DNA of 64,000 nucleotides from Acidimicrobiia bacterium (GCA_030431785.1 JAUIIM010000001.1:3323-67322), one strand, 5' to 3'; positions 1 to 9,672 are shown, counted from the stretch's first letter. Notes: generated by a model not told the origin, from the sequence alone. Numbers and translations are program-made.

Positions 1-463
1 CATGACGTATGACGAAATGGACGACGATCGGTTCGCGAGGGAACCGGGACTGAACCGTGCTCAGATGGAACTGATCTCATCGAGGACTTCCCTCCACAAC
101 CAGTGCTTCTACTGAACACTCAGCCACTCGTGGATGCTCCGTGCGAGCTCCCTCGCATTCGGCTACGACCTCGATGTCCGAGCGGTCGGCGACCGCACCG
201 TCGACCCCGGGGTGCCCGGTGGTGTGGCGATCCTCGACTTCGTCGATGCACTCCTCTTGCGCGATGACGCCGACCACGAGCGACGAGTCCTCCAAGATCA
301 GGTGGGTTCGGAAGGGCTCGTCGATGCAAGCGGTGTGTTTGCGAACTTCCAGATGATGAATCGCCTTGCAGAAGGGACCGGGATCCCGGTACCCGGGGCG
401 GTGATCGACCGGGAAGCCGACCTGATCGAGGCCCTGGGTTTGCATTCGATTCTCAAGAACTGA
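1..463 (+). CDS. AhpD/carboxymuconolactone-decarboxylase (CMD) family protein, 5'-partial; in-frame TGA at 113-115 (candidate selenocysteine codon; alternatively a nonsense/pseudogene)
   Basis: Frame-2 translation across the TGA reads ...AQMELISSRTSLHNQCFY[TGA]TLSHSWMLRASS..., which matches the CMD core ELIxLRVSxxNxCxYCxxxH with the TGA at the second Cys. The C-terminal FANFQMMNRLAEG resembles the family NxWNRLxxA tail. The ORF track only lists the post-TGA part (134..463). A small bulged hairpin at 132-151 lies downstream of the TGA. The antisense ORF 77..445 is judged a shadow. Confidence 0.5.
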
Positions 464-557
464 TCACCCCGCGAACGTGTCCTCGTCGCGGATTGCGTTG
501 GCGTGTCGGCGCTCCCGGGTTTGTCTACGCTGGGGTCGACGTCAGACAAGGAGCATC

Positions 558-2510
558 ATGAGCGAGTCGGGAATCGAGAATCTGCTGCAGGAAGATCGGC
601 TCTTCCCGCCCCTAGCGGATTTCGTAGCGACTGCCAACACCACCCAGGACCACTTCGACGAGGCTGCCGAGGACTACGAGGCGTATTGGATGCGTCAAGC
701 CCGCGAGCGACTCAGCTGGTTCAAGGAGCCGACGGTCGCACTCAACGACGAGAATGCCCCGTTCTACAAGTGGTTCGAGGACGGCGAACTGAACGTCTCC
801 TACAACTGCCTCGATCGACACCTCGATGCAGGGGGCGACAAGGTCGCCTACCACTGGATCGGCGAGCCCGGTGACAAGCGGACGATCACGTACAACGACC
901 TCGCCACCGAAGTGAACAAGTTTGCCAACGGCCTCAAGTCGCTCGGTGTCGAGCGTGGCGATACGGTCGCCATCTACATGGGCATGGTGCCTGAGCTTCC
1001 GATCGCGATGCTTGCATGTGCGCGCATCGGGGCCGCCCATTCCGTCATCTTCGGTGGGTTCTCTGCCGATGCGATCGTCGACCGCGTAGAAGACGCAGGC
1101 TCGAAACTGCTCATCACCTGCGACGGTGCGTGGCGACGCGGAACCATCGTCCCCCTCAAGGAATCCTGTGACGAAGCGATGTCCAGGACCGAGCTGATCG
1201 AGAACTGTGTCGTCGTCCGCAGGACCGAGCAGGACGTTTCGATGCAGGACGGTCGCGATGTCTGGTGGCACGACCTCATCGCCGACCAAGCCGATACGTG
1301 CGCGCCGGAACACATGAACGCCGAGGACCTGCTGTATCTGCTCTACACGTCGGGGACGACGGCCAAGCCGAAGGGCATCATGCACACGACCGGTGGGTAC
1401 CTCACCGGTGTGGCGACGACGCATTCCCAGGTCTTCGACCTCAAGCCGGGCTCCGATGTCTATTGGTGTGCTGCCGACGTGGGTTGGGTCACCGGGCACT
1501 CCTACATCGTGTACGGCCCACTGACGAATCATGCAACCAGCGTGATGTACGAGGGCACACCGGACTTCCCCGACAAGGATCGTTTGTGGTCCATCATCGC
1601 TGAGTACGGGGTCACCATCCTCTACACGGCACCTACGGCGATCCGGGCGTTCATGAAGTGGGGAGTGGAGTACCCGGAACGCCACGACCTCTCATCGTTG
1701 CGTCTCCTGGGAACGGTGGGAGAGCCGATCAACCCCGAAGCGTGGATGTGGTACCACGAGAACATCGGCGGCGGTCGCTGCCCGATCGTCGACACGTGGT
1801 GGCAGACCGAGACCGGTGGCATCATGATCAGCCCGATACCGGGCGTGACCGCCACGAAGCCGGGCTCGGCGACGAAACCGATCCCTGGCATCTTCGCCGA
1901 GGTGGTCGACACCGAAGGCGATCCCGTCCCCCTCGGCGGCGGTGGGTTCCTGACGATCACGAAACCGTGGCCATCGATGCTGAGGTCGATCTACGGCGAC
2001 GACGACCGATATGTATCCACGTACTGGTCGCGGTATCCCGGTCGATACTTCCCCGGCGACGGGGCCAAGTTCGACGAGAACGGCTACATCTGGGTCCTCG
2101 GTCGCGTCGACGATGTCATGAACGTGTCCGGGCACCGCATTTCGACGATGGAGGTCGAGTCGGCGTTGGTGTCACACCCCTCCGTTGCAGAAGCTGCGGT
2201 CGTCGGTGCGACCGATGATCTCACGGGTCAAGCCATCGCAGCGTTCGTCACGCTCCGCGGTGACGCTCAGGGCTCCGACGAGCTCCACGAGGAGCTTCGC
2301 CAACACGTCGCTGACAAGATCGGTGCGATCGCCAAACCCAAGTCGATCATCTTCACCCCCGATCTCCCGAAGACTCGTTCGGGGAAGATCATGCGGCGAC
2401 TGCTCAGGGACATCTCGGATCATCGGGCGCTTGGCGACGTCACGACGCTGGCGAACGCCGATGTCGTACAAGCCATCGCCGATCAGCAGACCGAGTACGA
2501 CGACGACTGA
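558..2510 (+). CDS. acs: acetyl-CoA synthetase (AMP-forming)
   Basis: YTSGTTAKPKG AMP-binding motif and full-length Acs-like sequence. AAGGAG RBS 5-10 nt before ATG 558; the track start at 477 is probably too long. Confidence 0.9.
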   Translation: MSESGIENLLQEDRLFPPLADFVATANTTQDHFDEAAEDYEAYWMRQARERLSWFKEPTVALNDENAPFYKWFEDGELNVSYNCLDRHLDAGGDKVAYHWIGEPGDKRTITYNDLATEVNKFANGLKSLGVERGDTVAIYMGMVPELPIAMLACARIGAAHSVIFGGFSADAIVDRVEDAGSKLLITCDGAWRRGTIVPLKESCDEAMSRTELIENCVVVRRTEQDVSMQDGRDVWWHDLIADQADTCAPEHMNAEDLLYLLYTSGTTAKPKGIMHTTGGYLTGVATTHSQVFDLKPGSDVYWCAADVGWVTGHSYIVYGPLTNHATSVMYEGTPDFPDKDRLWSIIAEYGVTILYTAPTAIRAFMKWGVEYPERHDLSSLRLLGTVGEPINPEAWMWYHENIGGGRCPIVDTWWQTETGGIMISPIPGVTATKPGSATKPIPGIFAEVVDTEGDPVPLGGGGFLTITKPWPSMLRSIYGDDDRYVSTYWSRYPGRYFPGDGAKFDENGYIWVLGRVDDVMNVSGHRISTMEVESALVSHPSVAEAAVVGATDDLTGQAIAAFVTLRGDAQGSDELHEELRQHVADKIGAIAKPKSIIFTPDLPKTRSGKIMRRLLRDISDHRALGDVTTLANADVVQAIADQQTEYDDD

Positions 2511-2522
2511 ACGGGTTCTGGT

Positions 2523-2572
2523 GCAACCCAGAGCTAGGTCGGGGAATATTCACCGTTCTAGCTCTGGGTTGC
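2523..2572. repeat. REP-like palindromic element copy 1 (15-bp arms GCAACCCAGAGCTAG / CTAGCTCTGGGTTGC around a GAATATTC-containing loop)
   Basis: Near-identical to the element at 47047..47096 in inverted orientation. Lies between the acs stop and the S10 peptidase start. Confidence 0.8.
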
Positions 2573-2590
2573 GAAAGGCAGAGGAGTGAG

Positions 2591-4108
2591 ATGACTGACG
2601 AGACGAAGAAGGACGCGACGGCGAAGTCCGAGGAGTCCAAGGACGAGAAGAAGCCTGAACCTCCTCACTTCGAGGATGCGCTGTCGACCACGCAGCACTC
2701 GATCGAGATCGATGGTGATCGGATCGGCTACACCGCAACGGCGGGTCGGATCGTCCTCAAGGAAGACGACGAAACGAAGAAGGCCTCGTTCTTCTTCACC
2801 GCCTACACGAAAGACGATCAGGATCCCGCGGATCGCCCGATCGTCTTTGCGTTCAACGGTGGCCCCGGTTCCTCGTCGGTCTGGCTCCACCTCGGGGTAT
2901 TCGGACCGAAGAAGGTCGTTCTGTCCGACGATGGCAACCTCGAGAAGCTTCCCGGGCAGTTGGAGGACAACCCACAGACGTTGCTGACCCATGCCGATCT
3001 GGTGTTCATCGATCCTGTCTCCACCGGCTACACCCGCGCGATCGAGAAGGACGAGGAACGTTCGTATCACCACTTCGAGAAGGACATCGAGTCCGTGGCT
3101 GCCTTCATCCGGATGTATCTCACCAGGTTCGGACGATGGTCATCACCGAAATTCCTCGGCGGAGAGTCGTACGGCACGACCCGTTCGGTGGGGCTCGCCG
3201 GTCATCTCATGTCGCGATATGGCATCTTCCTCAACGGAGTCATCCTCGTCAGCTCTGTGCTGAGCTTCCAGACCATCGGTCTCGACTCAAGTTCGTACAC
3301 GTTCCACAGAGGCAACGAACTGCCGTACGTCGTGTATCTCCCGTCCTACGCAGCGACCGCGTGGTTCCACAAGGCGCTCGATGAGGACCTCCAATCGAAG
3401 GAGCTGACGGAACTCTTGTCAGAGGTCGAGGAGTTCGCCGAGACGGACTACCTCTTGGCGCTCCAGGCAGGATCACGCCTCGATGCCGATAAGGCCGACG
3501 AGATCGCACAACGGCTTGCCCGCTACACGGGCATCGACAAGGACTTCGTGCAGAAGTCCAACCTCAGGATCGAGAAGTTCCACTTCATGAAGGAACTCCT
3601 GCGCGATGAAGGCTGGACCGTAGGCCGCCTCGACTCACGCTATCGCGGCGTCGACCGGTACACGGTCGGCTCGATGCTTGAGCACGATCCGTCTCTCGAC
3701 GTGTGGATGTCTCCGTACACGTCGATGTTCAACGACTACGTCAGACGTGAGCTCGAATACGAGAGCGACCTCGTCTACGAAATCCTCAACCCGAAGGTGT
3801 GGCCGTGGAACTACGAGAAGTTCCAGAACGCATACGTCGAAGTGTCCGAGACCCTGCGTGACACCATGTCGAAGAATCCGGGGATGCTCGTATACGTCGC
3901 AAGTGGCTACTACGACCTTGCCACCCCGTACTTTGCGACCGAGTACACGCTCGCCCACCTCGGCATTGAGGACGCACTGCGGGACAACATCGAGGTGTCG
4001 TACTTCGATGCCGGTCACATGATGTACGTGCACAAACCGTCCATCGAACGGCTAGGACCCGAGCTGCGGGCGTTCGTCGAGAAGGCGACTGCGTCGACAC
4101 AGGCGTAA
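2591..4108 (+). CDS. S10-family serine carboxypeptidase-like peptidase
   Basis: FAFNGGPGSSS and GESYGT motifs typical of peptidase S10. GAGGAG RBS before ATG 2591. Confidence 0.8.
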   Translation: MTDETKKDATAKSEESKDEKKPEPPHFEDALSTTQHSIEIDGDRIGYTATAGRIVLKEDDETKKASFFFTAYTKDDQDPADRPIVFAFNGGPGSSSVWLHLGVFGPKKVVLSDDGNLEKLPGQLEDNPQTLLTHADLVFIDPVSTGYTRAIEKDEERSYHHFEKDIESVAAFIRMYLTRFGRWSSPKFLGGESYGTTRSVGLAGHLMSRYGIFLNGVILVSSVLSFQTIGLDSSSYTFHRGNELPYVVYLPSYAATAWFHKALDEDLQSKELTELLSEVEEFAETDYLLALQAGSRLDADKADEIAQRLARYTGIDKDFVQKSNLRIEKFHFMKELLRDEGWTVGRLDSRYRGVDRYTVGSMLEHDPSLDVWMSPYTSMFNDYVRRELEYESDLVYEILNPKVWPWNYEKFQNAYVEVSETLRDTMSKNPGMLVYVASGYYDLATPYFATEYTLAHLGIEDALRDNIEVSYFDAGHMMYVHKPSIERLGPELRAFVEKATASTQA

Positions 4109-4192
4109 GTCAGAAGCCGGAACTCAGAAGTCAGACCACGGCGTCGGATCGATGATCGAGGATCGATCAAGGAGCGAGGCGACCGGTCGACT

Positions 4193-5758
4193 TCACTCCG
4201 TTCTCTGTTCTCCGTTGTCCGTTGTCTGCGACCTGAGGTAGCGAGCTACGGCCGCTGCGGCCGTCTTGCCTGAACCAACGGCGGGCGTCATACCCCCACC
4301 ACCGACCCACGCACCGGCGAGGAAGAGGTTCGGGATCGGCGTCCGGGGACTCCGTCGGAATCGCTGATTCACGACCGTCTGCTCCCGGCCGTACAGGGCG
4401 CCCTCGGGCTGGAGCATGTAGCGGGCGTTGGTCAACGGGGTTCCCACGTGGGCCGTGACGATCGAGTCACGGAGACCGGGAATACGCCGCTCGGCACGGG
4501 CGATGAGCTTCTCCGCAGCCTCCTGCTTGACACGCTGATACGACTCCTTCACCCGATAGTTCTCGAGGTCCCCGCCCGTACCCCACGCGTCACGATGATC
4601 CCACGGCGCAAGCGTCGTCAACACGAGCACGGTGCATCCGGCCGGGGCGTTGTCGGGGTCGGTCACGGTGTAGTTCGAGATGATCATGCCAGCGTCCTCG
4701 AAGCGTCCCTCGAGGGCCGCTGTGTAGTCGGCCTCGAGGTCGTACGTCGGCATGTCGAAGTACTCGTGATGGTCCCAACCCTCGGCCGCAAGATCGCGAT
4801 CAACCCCGAGGTGGACGACCAGGCTTGACAATGATGGTGTCTCCGACTGAGCGGTCTCTCCCCAGTCGCCGTCGACCAGGCCGTCGGGCAAGAGCGCGAG
4901 CGTCGATGTCGGGGAGGCATTCGAGACAACCGCACGGGCTCGGACAGTCAGCCCCTTGTTCGTCGTGACGACGACGCCTTCATCGGCCGGTTCGATGCGC
5001 TCTACATCGTTTCGGAAATGGATCTCGCCACCGTGCTCTTCGATGACCTCGGCGATGGCCCAGGTCATCGTTCCCGAACCACCGGTCGGATACCAGGCGC
5101 CCGCTGTCGTATACGAGAGGATGGTCATGGCGAACTGGCCAGCCGAGACCCGGGACGGCGGCAATCCGAGGTACCCCCACAGCGTGGAGACGAGCGCCTT
5201 CGCTTCTGGGGAGTCGAGATACTGGTCGATGAACACCGCCCATGGCACGTTGAACGCGACCGCCATGTCGGGGAAGTCGGTGAGCATCTCAGCGTCGTCC
5301 GGTCGGTGACCGCTTCGCCGGACCTCGGTGTATCGGGCGACGTCGTGCCCGACACGTTGGATCGCAGCGAAGAGCCCCCTGAAACCCGCTCCCTCTCCCG
5401 GCAGAACGTCCGAGGCGACGGCGGCGTATTGGTCGAAATCCGTGGGAATCGCCACCTCGAAGTCCGGGAATCCCACGGTGTAGAACGGATCGAGCTCGTT
5501 GAACTCGATTCGATCCATGATTCCGAGAGATTCGAACATGGGCCGAGCCCAACCGCCCTCTCCCAACCCGTCCAGTGCGTGCAACGCAACCTCGAACCGG
5601 AACTCCTCCTTGCGGAAGAAGTGTGCGTATCCGCCTGGCTTCGAGTGATGCTCGATGACGACGACCTTGTATCCGCGCTCTTGGAGATGCCGTGCGGCGG
5701 AGAGCCCCCCGAGTCCCGCTCCCACGATCACGACATCTGTTTCGATGTCGGGATTCAT
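4193..5758 (-). CDS. FAD/NAD(P)-binding oxidoreductase, phytoene-desaturase (CrtI-like) family
   Basis: N-terminal VVIVGAGLGGLSAARHL dinucleotide-binding motif. The start overlaps the upstream AI-2E gene stop (ATGA). Confidence 0.8.
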   Translation of the reverse strand: MNPDIETDVVIVGAGLGGLSAARHLQERGYKVVVIEHHSKPGGYAHFFRKEEFRFEVALHALDGLGEGGWARPMFESLGIMDRIEFNELDPFYTVGFPDFEVAIPTDFDQYAAVASDVLPGEGAGFRGLFAAIQRVGHDVARYTEVRRSGHRPDDAEMLTDFPDMAVAFNVPWAVFIDQYLDSPEAKALVSTLWGYLGLPPSRVSAGQFAMTILSYTTAGAWYPTGGSGTMTWAIAEVIEEHGGEIHFRNDVERIEPADEGVVVTTNKGLTVRARAVVSNASPTSTLALLPDGLVDGDWGETAQSETPSLSSLVVHLGVDRDLAAEGWDHHEYFDMPTYDLEADYTAALEGRFEDAGMIISNYTVTDPDNAPAGCTVLVLTTLAPWDHRDAWGTGGDLENYRVKESYQRVKQEAAEKLIARAERRIPGLRDSIVTAHVGTPLTNARYMLQPEGALYGREQTVVNQRFRRSPRTPIPNLFLAGAWVGGGGMTPAVGSGKTAAAAVARYLRSQTTDNGEQRTE

Positions 5759-7023
5759 GGATCTCCGACCACTGCGACCGGGGCTTCATCGGGGAACGGA
5801 TCGCGGTCCAAGAGTTTCGCCCACAGGTAGACACCGACGTCTCGCAGCGACGCGATGATCGGCACGGCGAGCAGGGAGCCGAGGAGTCCACCGACCTGGA
5901 AACCGACGATCAGACCGATCAGCACGATCGCCGGCCGGAGCTGAACAGCCGATCCCATGACCTTCGGTGCGATGATGTTCGCCTGCGCTTGGACCACAAC
6001 GACATAGATACCGGCCACGATCAGTGCGAACCAGTAGGACTCCAGATCCGGCCATCGCGTAGACCCCGACAGCAATGCCGCGAGGACACCAGGGATCGCA
6101 GCAAGAATCGGCCCGAACGTAGGGATCATGTTCAGGACGACCATGATCGCGCCCATGAGAAACGCACCGGGAAGTCCGACCACGAACAACACGACGAAGA
6201 CCAGAAAACCTGTGATCAGAGAGTTCACGAGCTGCCCGTACAGGTAGCCGGTCCAGACGCGTTTTTGTTTCCGCATCATGATCCACGCGTCGCGCTCGTA
6301 GCCGGGAGGGAACTGCTCGGCCATCGCACCGTGGAACCGCTCGCTGTCAGCGTTGAGGTACATCGAGATCAAGACCGTCGCAATCGCCGACGTCACCATC
6401 GCGAGGATCACGCCGGCAACCGTACGAACCCCACGGAACGAGTTCGAGACGACGTCAAGCACGACCTGGATGTCGAGCACGCCGGGTTGCTCCGTTCCAC
6501 CCACCGGATTCCCGAGGTCGTCGACCACGGCCGTCATGTCGATCGTGAGACCCCAGATCCGAAGGTGGTTGTTCTCGTCGATCTCCTCCAGGATCCATTC
6601 ACGGCCCTCGTTGACCAGCCCGACCGGGTCGAGCTCGATAACCGATTCCACGATGGAGTTCAGGACCAAGAACCCGAAGCCAAGGGTTCCGAGAAAAACC
6701 ACGAGGTACGCGACGAGCAGGGCGAGGCCACGTGGAATGTGGAGCCGGCGATGGCCAAACCGGATCAGCGGGGCAATCAGGAAGGCGATCAGGGAGGCCA
6801 GTGCAACCACACCGAGGACGTTCCTCACCAGATAAAGGCCGATCAGCGAGACGACGAACAACATGAGAATGACAGCGATCTTCGCTGCGTTGCTCCAAGG
6901 AGGAGAAGGCGGGTATGTGGCCACCTCCCCGGCCCTCTCGACGACGCCACCATCGGTGTCGGACGCTGACTCCGCCGCTGTGTTCTCGTCGGGCGTATCG
7001 CTCATGACGCTACGGTAGAGCAT
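5755..7023 (-). CDS. AI-2E family (PerM/UPF0118) transporter
   Basis: Multi-TM protein with AI-2E-like topology. Alternative start at MSDTPDEN (7005). Confidence 0.75.
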   Translation of the reverse strand: MLYRSVMSDTPDENTAAESASDTDGGVVERAGEVATYPPSPPWSNAAKIAVILMLFVVSLIGLYLVRNVLGVVALASLIAFLIAPLIRFGHRRLHIPRGLALLVAYLVVFLGTLGFGFLVLNSIVESVIELDPVGLVNEGREWILEEIDENNHLRIWGLTIDMTAVVDDLGNPVGGTEQPGVLDIQVVLDVVSNSFRGVRTVAGVILAMVTSAIATVLISMYLNADSERFHGAMAEQFPPGYERDAWIMMRKQKRVWTGYLYGQLVNSLITGFLVFVVLFVVGLPGAFLMGAIMVVLNMIPTFGPILAAIPGVLAALLSGSTRWPDLESYWFALIVAGIYVVVVQAQANIIAPKVMGSAVQLRPAIVLIGLIVGFQVGGLLGSLLAVPIIASLRDVGVYLWAKLLDRDPFPDEAPVAVVGDP

Positions 7024-7043
7024 CGACGATCACAGGGCTACAG

Positions 7044-7514
7044 ATGAACGTCTATCAACGGTTTTGGCGGCGCGCGGGCGGGTGGGCTCCCGTCCGCTGG
7101 CTGCTCTCCAAGATCCTCACACCTCTGGATGTAGCGCTACGGAACACCCGGTTTGCGCCGTCGAAGTTCGGCGTCGACATGCCGCTGTGCTATCTGACGA
7201 CCACGGGACGGCACTCGGGCGAACCACGCGTCGCCCCATTGCTCTTCGCCGACCTCGGGAACGAGGTCATCGGTGTTGCTGCTACGAACTTCGGAACGGA
7301 GTCGCACCCGGGTTGGTCGTACAACCTCGACGCACAGCCCGAAGCCACCGTCGAGATAGACGGGACGAGCCGCAAGGTCGTGGCACGACGAGCAACCGAC
7401 GACGAGGGCGCTGCTGTGATCGAACAGCTGTCACACACATGGCCGGCATACGACACGTACCAGGAGATCGCTCCACGGGACATCCGCATCTATGTGCTTG
7501 CGCCTTCGTCATAG
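7044..7514 (+). CDS. deazaflavin(F420)-dependent nitroreductase family protein (DUF385)
   Basis: MPLCYLTTTGRHSGEPRVAPLLF...HPGWSYNL...VEIDG pattern typical of the actinobacterial Ddn-like family. Confidence 0.8.
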   Translation: MNVYQRFWRRAGGWAPVRWLLSKILTPLDVALRNTRFAPSKFGVDMPLCYLTTTGRHSGEPRVAPLLFADLGNEVIGVAATNFGTESHPGWSYNLDAQPEATVEIDGTSRKVVARRATDDEGAAVIEQLSHTWPAYDTYQEIAPRDIRIYVLAPSS

Positions 7515-7535
7515 GCGAGCCGTACACTCGGAACA

Positions 7536-8255
7536 ATGAGTGACAGCTTGCAAACACCCCCTGAGTACAAGCCTCACCTCGGCGGCACTCGCCAGTACAT
7601 TCGCGACATCATCTTGGGAGTCAACGACGGACTGGTCTCCACCTTCCTCCTCGTCGCCGGTGTCGTCGGCGGTGGCCTCGACACGACCGATGTACTCCTC
7701 ACCGGTATCGCCGGATCAATCGCCGGACTCGTCTCGATGGCGATCGGCGAGTACCTGGCGACGAAATCACAGGACGAGGTCTTCGAGGCCGAGTTGACGC
7801 TCGAACGTGAGCACCTGAAATACCATCGACAGCATGAGCGGGACCAACTTGCCGGCATGTTGAGCGATATGGGGCTCGAGGGGGATGACCTCGAAACCGT
7901 CACCGACCTGATCGACAAGAACGACGAGGCGATGCTGAACATGCAGGGTGCCCTCGAGTTCGGGATCGTCGAGTCCGAGCGGCGGAGTCCCATCAAGGCC
8001 GGTTGGACGTCGGGTCTCCTGTTCCTGGCAGGTTCACTTCCATCGATCATCCCGTTCCTCTATGTGTCTGACGTCCACACAGGGTTCGTCCATGCGGCTG
8101 TCTTCGCAGGAATCGGTCTGTTCGCCGTCGGTGCCGTGAAGACCCTCGCAACCGGCAAGAACCTGTTCCTGTCGGGCGCCGAGAACCTGACACTCGGGTT
8201 CATCGGAGCAGCCGTCTCGTACTTCATCGGAACACTGTTCGAGGCGCGGATCTAG
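7536..8255 (+). CDS. VIT1/CCC1 family iron/manganese transporter
   Basis: GVNDGLVSTF motif plus two TM clusters separated by a cytoplasmic loop. Confidence 0.85.
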   Translation: MSDSLQTPPEYKPHLGGTRQYIRDIILGVNDGLVSTFLLVAGVVGGGLDTTDVLLTGIAGSIAGLVSMAIGEYLATKSQDEVFEAELTLEREHLKYHRQHERDQLAGMLSDMGLEGDDLETVTDLIDKNDEAMLNMQGALEFGIVESERRSPIKAGWTSGLLFLAGSLPSIIPFLYVSDVHTGFVHAAVFAGIGLFAVGAVKTLATGKNLFLSGAENLTLGFIGAAVSYFIGTLFEARI

Positions 8256-8287
8256 GGGCTGAACCCGCCGCCATTCCTGGTATGTGG

Positions 8288-8323
8288 ATTGTCGGAGCGC
8301 AGCGACCGTCCGATAGGGAGGGC
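8288..8323. repeat. single TGTCGGA-family octamer (GATTGTCGGA) plus related inverted copy CGACCGTCCGATAG
   Basis: Same motif as the tandem arrays at 11939, 15726 and 40683. Convergent intergenic region between the VIT gene and cobO. Confidence 0.4.
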
Positions 8324-8362
8324 GCAGCCCGATCGATCCGCCGGCCGGGCGAAGCTGAACGG

Positions 8363-8893
8363 CTAGAAATCGAGGCCTTTGCGGGCGGCGATCCCCTTGT
8401 CGAAGGCGTGCTTGACCTTGCGCATCTCGGTGACCGTGTCCGCCGCCTCGACGACCGCATCGGACGCATCTCGGCCGGTGATGATGACGTTCACACCCTC
8501 GGGCCGACCGGTGATCGACTCGACGACGTCCTGCTCATCGATCCATCCGAACGTCACCGGATAGGTCGCTTCGTCGAGGATGATCAGGTCGTAGTCACCC
8601 GAAGCAATTGAGTCCTTGGCCTGTCGCCATGCATCCGCAGCCGCCTGCTCCGTCGCCTCCATGTCGTCGGATTCCCAGGTGAACCCGTCCCCGCCGGTCA
8701 CCCACTCGACTCCGAGCTGGTCTGCCATCTTCTTCTCGCCCGTTTGCCATTTGTCGGACTTGATGAACTGGATCACCTTTACGTTCCAGCCCCGTGCCAC
8801 GGCCCTCAGCATCACACCGAAGGCTGATGAAGACTTCCCTTTGCCGTCGCCGGTGTTGACGATGAACAGGTCTCGTCGTGGTTTGTCGGTCAT
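8363..8893 (-). CDS. cobO: cob(I)yrinic acid a,c-diamide adenosyltransferase
   Basis: GDGKGKSS P-loop and CobA/CobO-like length. Last gene of the riboswitch-controlled B12 transport operon. Confidence 0.85.
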   Translation of the reverse strand: MTDKPRRDLFIVNTGDGKGKSSSAFGVMLRAVARGWNVKVIQFIKSDKWQTGEKKMADQLGVEWVTGGDGFTWESDDMEATEQAAADAWRQAKDSIASGDYDLIILDEATYPVTFGWIDEQDVVESITGRPEGVNVIITGRDASDAVVEAADTVTEMRKVKHAFDKGIAARKGLDF

Positions 8894-9672
8894 TGCGGAT
8901 TCCCTTCGGTTCGCAGGGATACGACGACGAGGCTTCCCTCGACTTCGATGACCCTGATCGTAGGTTCGAAGACATCGCCCAGTGTGGACTCTGTGAGCAC
9001 CCCCTCCGGAACCCCGGTCGCCACCACGTCGCCTTCATCGATGAGGGTGAGCTCGTCACAGAACTGGGCGGCTGCAGTGAGGTCATGGATCGCCGACAGC
9101 ACCGTGACGCCCCGCTCCTCCTGGATCCGCGCAATCAGCTCGAGCACCTCATGTTGCGCCGCTACATCGAGCGATGCCGTCGCCTCGTCGAGAACGACGA
9201 CCCGCGGCTCCTGGGCGAGAACACGTGCCAGAGATGCTCGTTGGGTCTCCCCTCCCGACAGTGACGCCACGTCGCGATTGACGAATTCGGTGAGCCCGAG
9301 GGTCGCAAGCGAGTCCCAGACGATGGCGATGTCCTGTGAACCCTCAGCGGCCAGAGGTCCCAAGTGTGGTGTCCGTCCGAGGAGGACGAAATCGAACACG
9401 GACATCCCTACCGGGAACACCGGTCGTTGTGGGACATAGGCAAGACGGAGGGCCATCGCTTTCCGGTCGTCCGGCGCATTTGCATCCCCGACCCGGATAC
9501 TGCCGTCGTAGTCGACTGCCCCGACGATCGCTTTCAGCAGGGTGGACTTCCCCGCACCGTTCGGACCGACGAGCCCCATCCACGTCCCCTCCGCGACGTC
9601 GATCGAGACATCGGTGAGGACATTCGTTCCGTTGTAGGAGACCGACACGCTCTCGACTGCGATTGCGGTCAT
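8890..9672 (-). CDS. ABC transporter ATP-binding protein (FecE/BtuD-like)
   Basis: Walker A GPNGAGKST, LSGGE signature and Walker B VVLDE. Real start is the ATG at 9672 (MTAIAVESV); the track ORF 8890..10515 is an over-extension through the permease gene. ATGA overlaps on both sides. Confidence 0.85.
   Translation of the reverse strand: MTAIAVESVSVSYNGTNVLTDVSIDVAEGTWMGLVGPNGAGKSTLLKAIVGAVDYDGSIRVGDANAPDDRKAMALRLAYVPQRPVFPVGMSVFDFVLLGRTPHLGPLAAEGSQDIAIVWDSLATLGLTEFVNRDVASLSGGETQRASLARVLAQEPRVVVLDEATASLDVAAQHEVLELIARIQEERGVTVLSAIHDLTAAAQFCDELTLIDEGDVVATGVPEGVLTESTLGDVFEPTIRVIEVEGSLVVVSLRTEGNPQ

Noticed and set aside
612-1685. 357-aa minus-strand ORF antisense to acs
   Set aside because: Arg/Gly/Val-rich low-complexity translation typical of a high-GC shadow frame; the plus-strand acs has clear homology.
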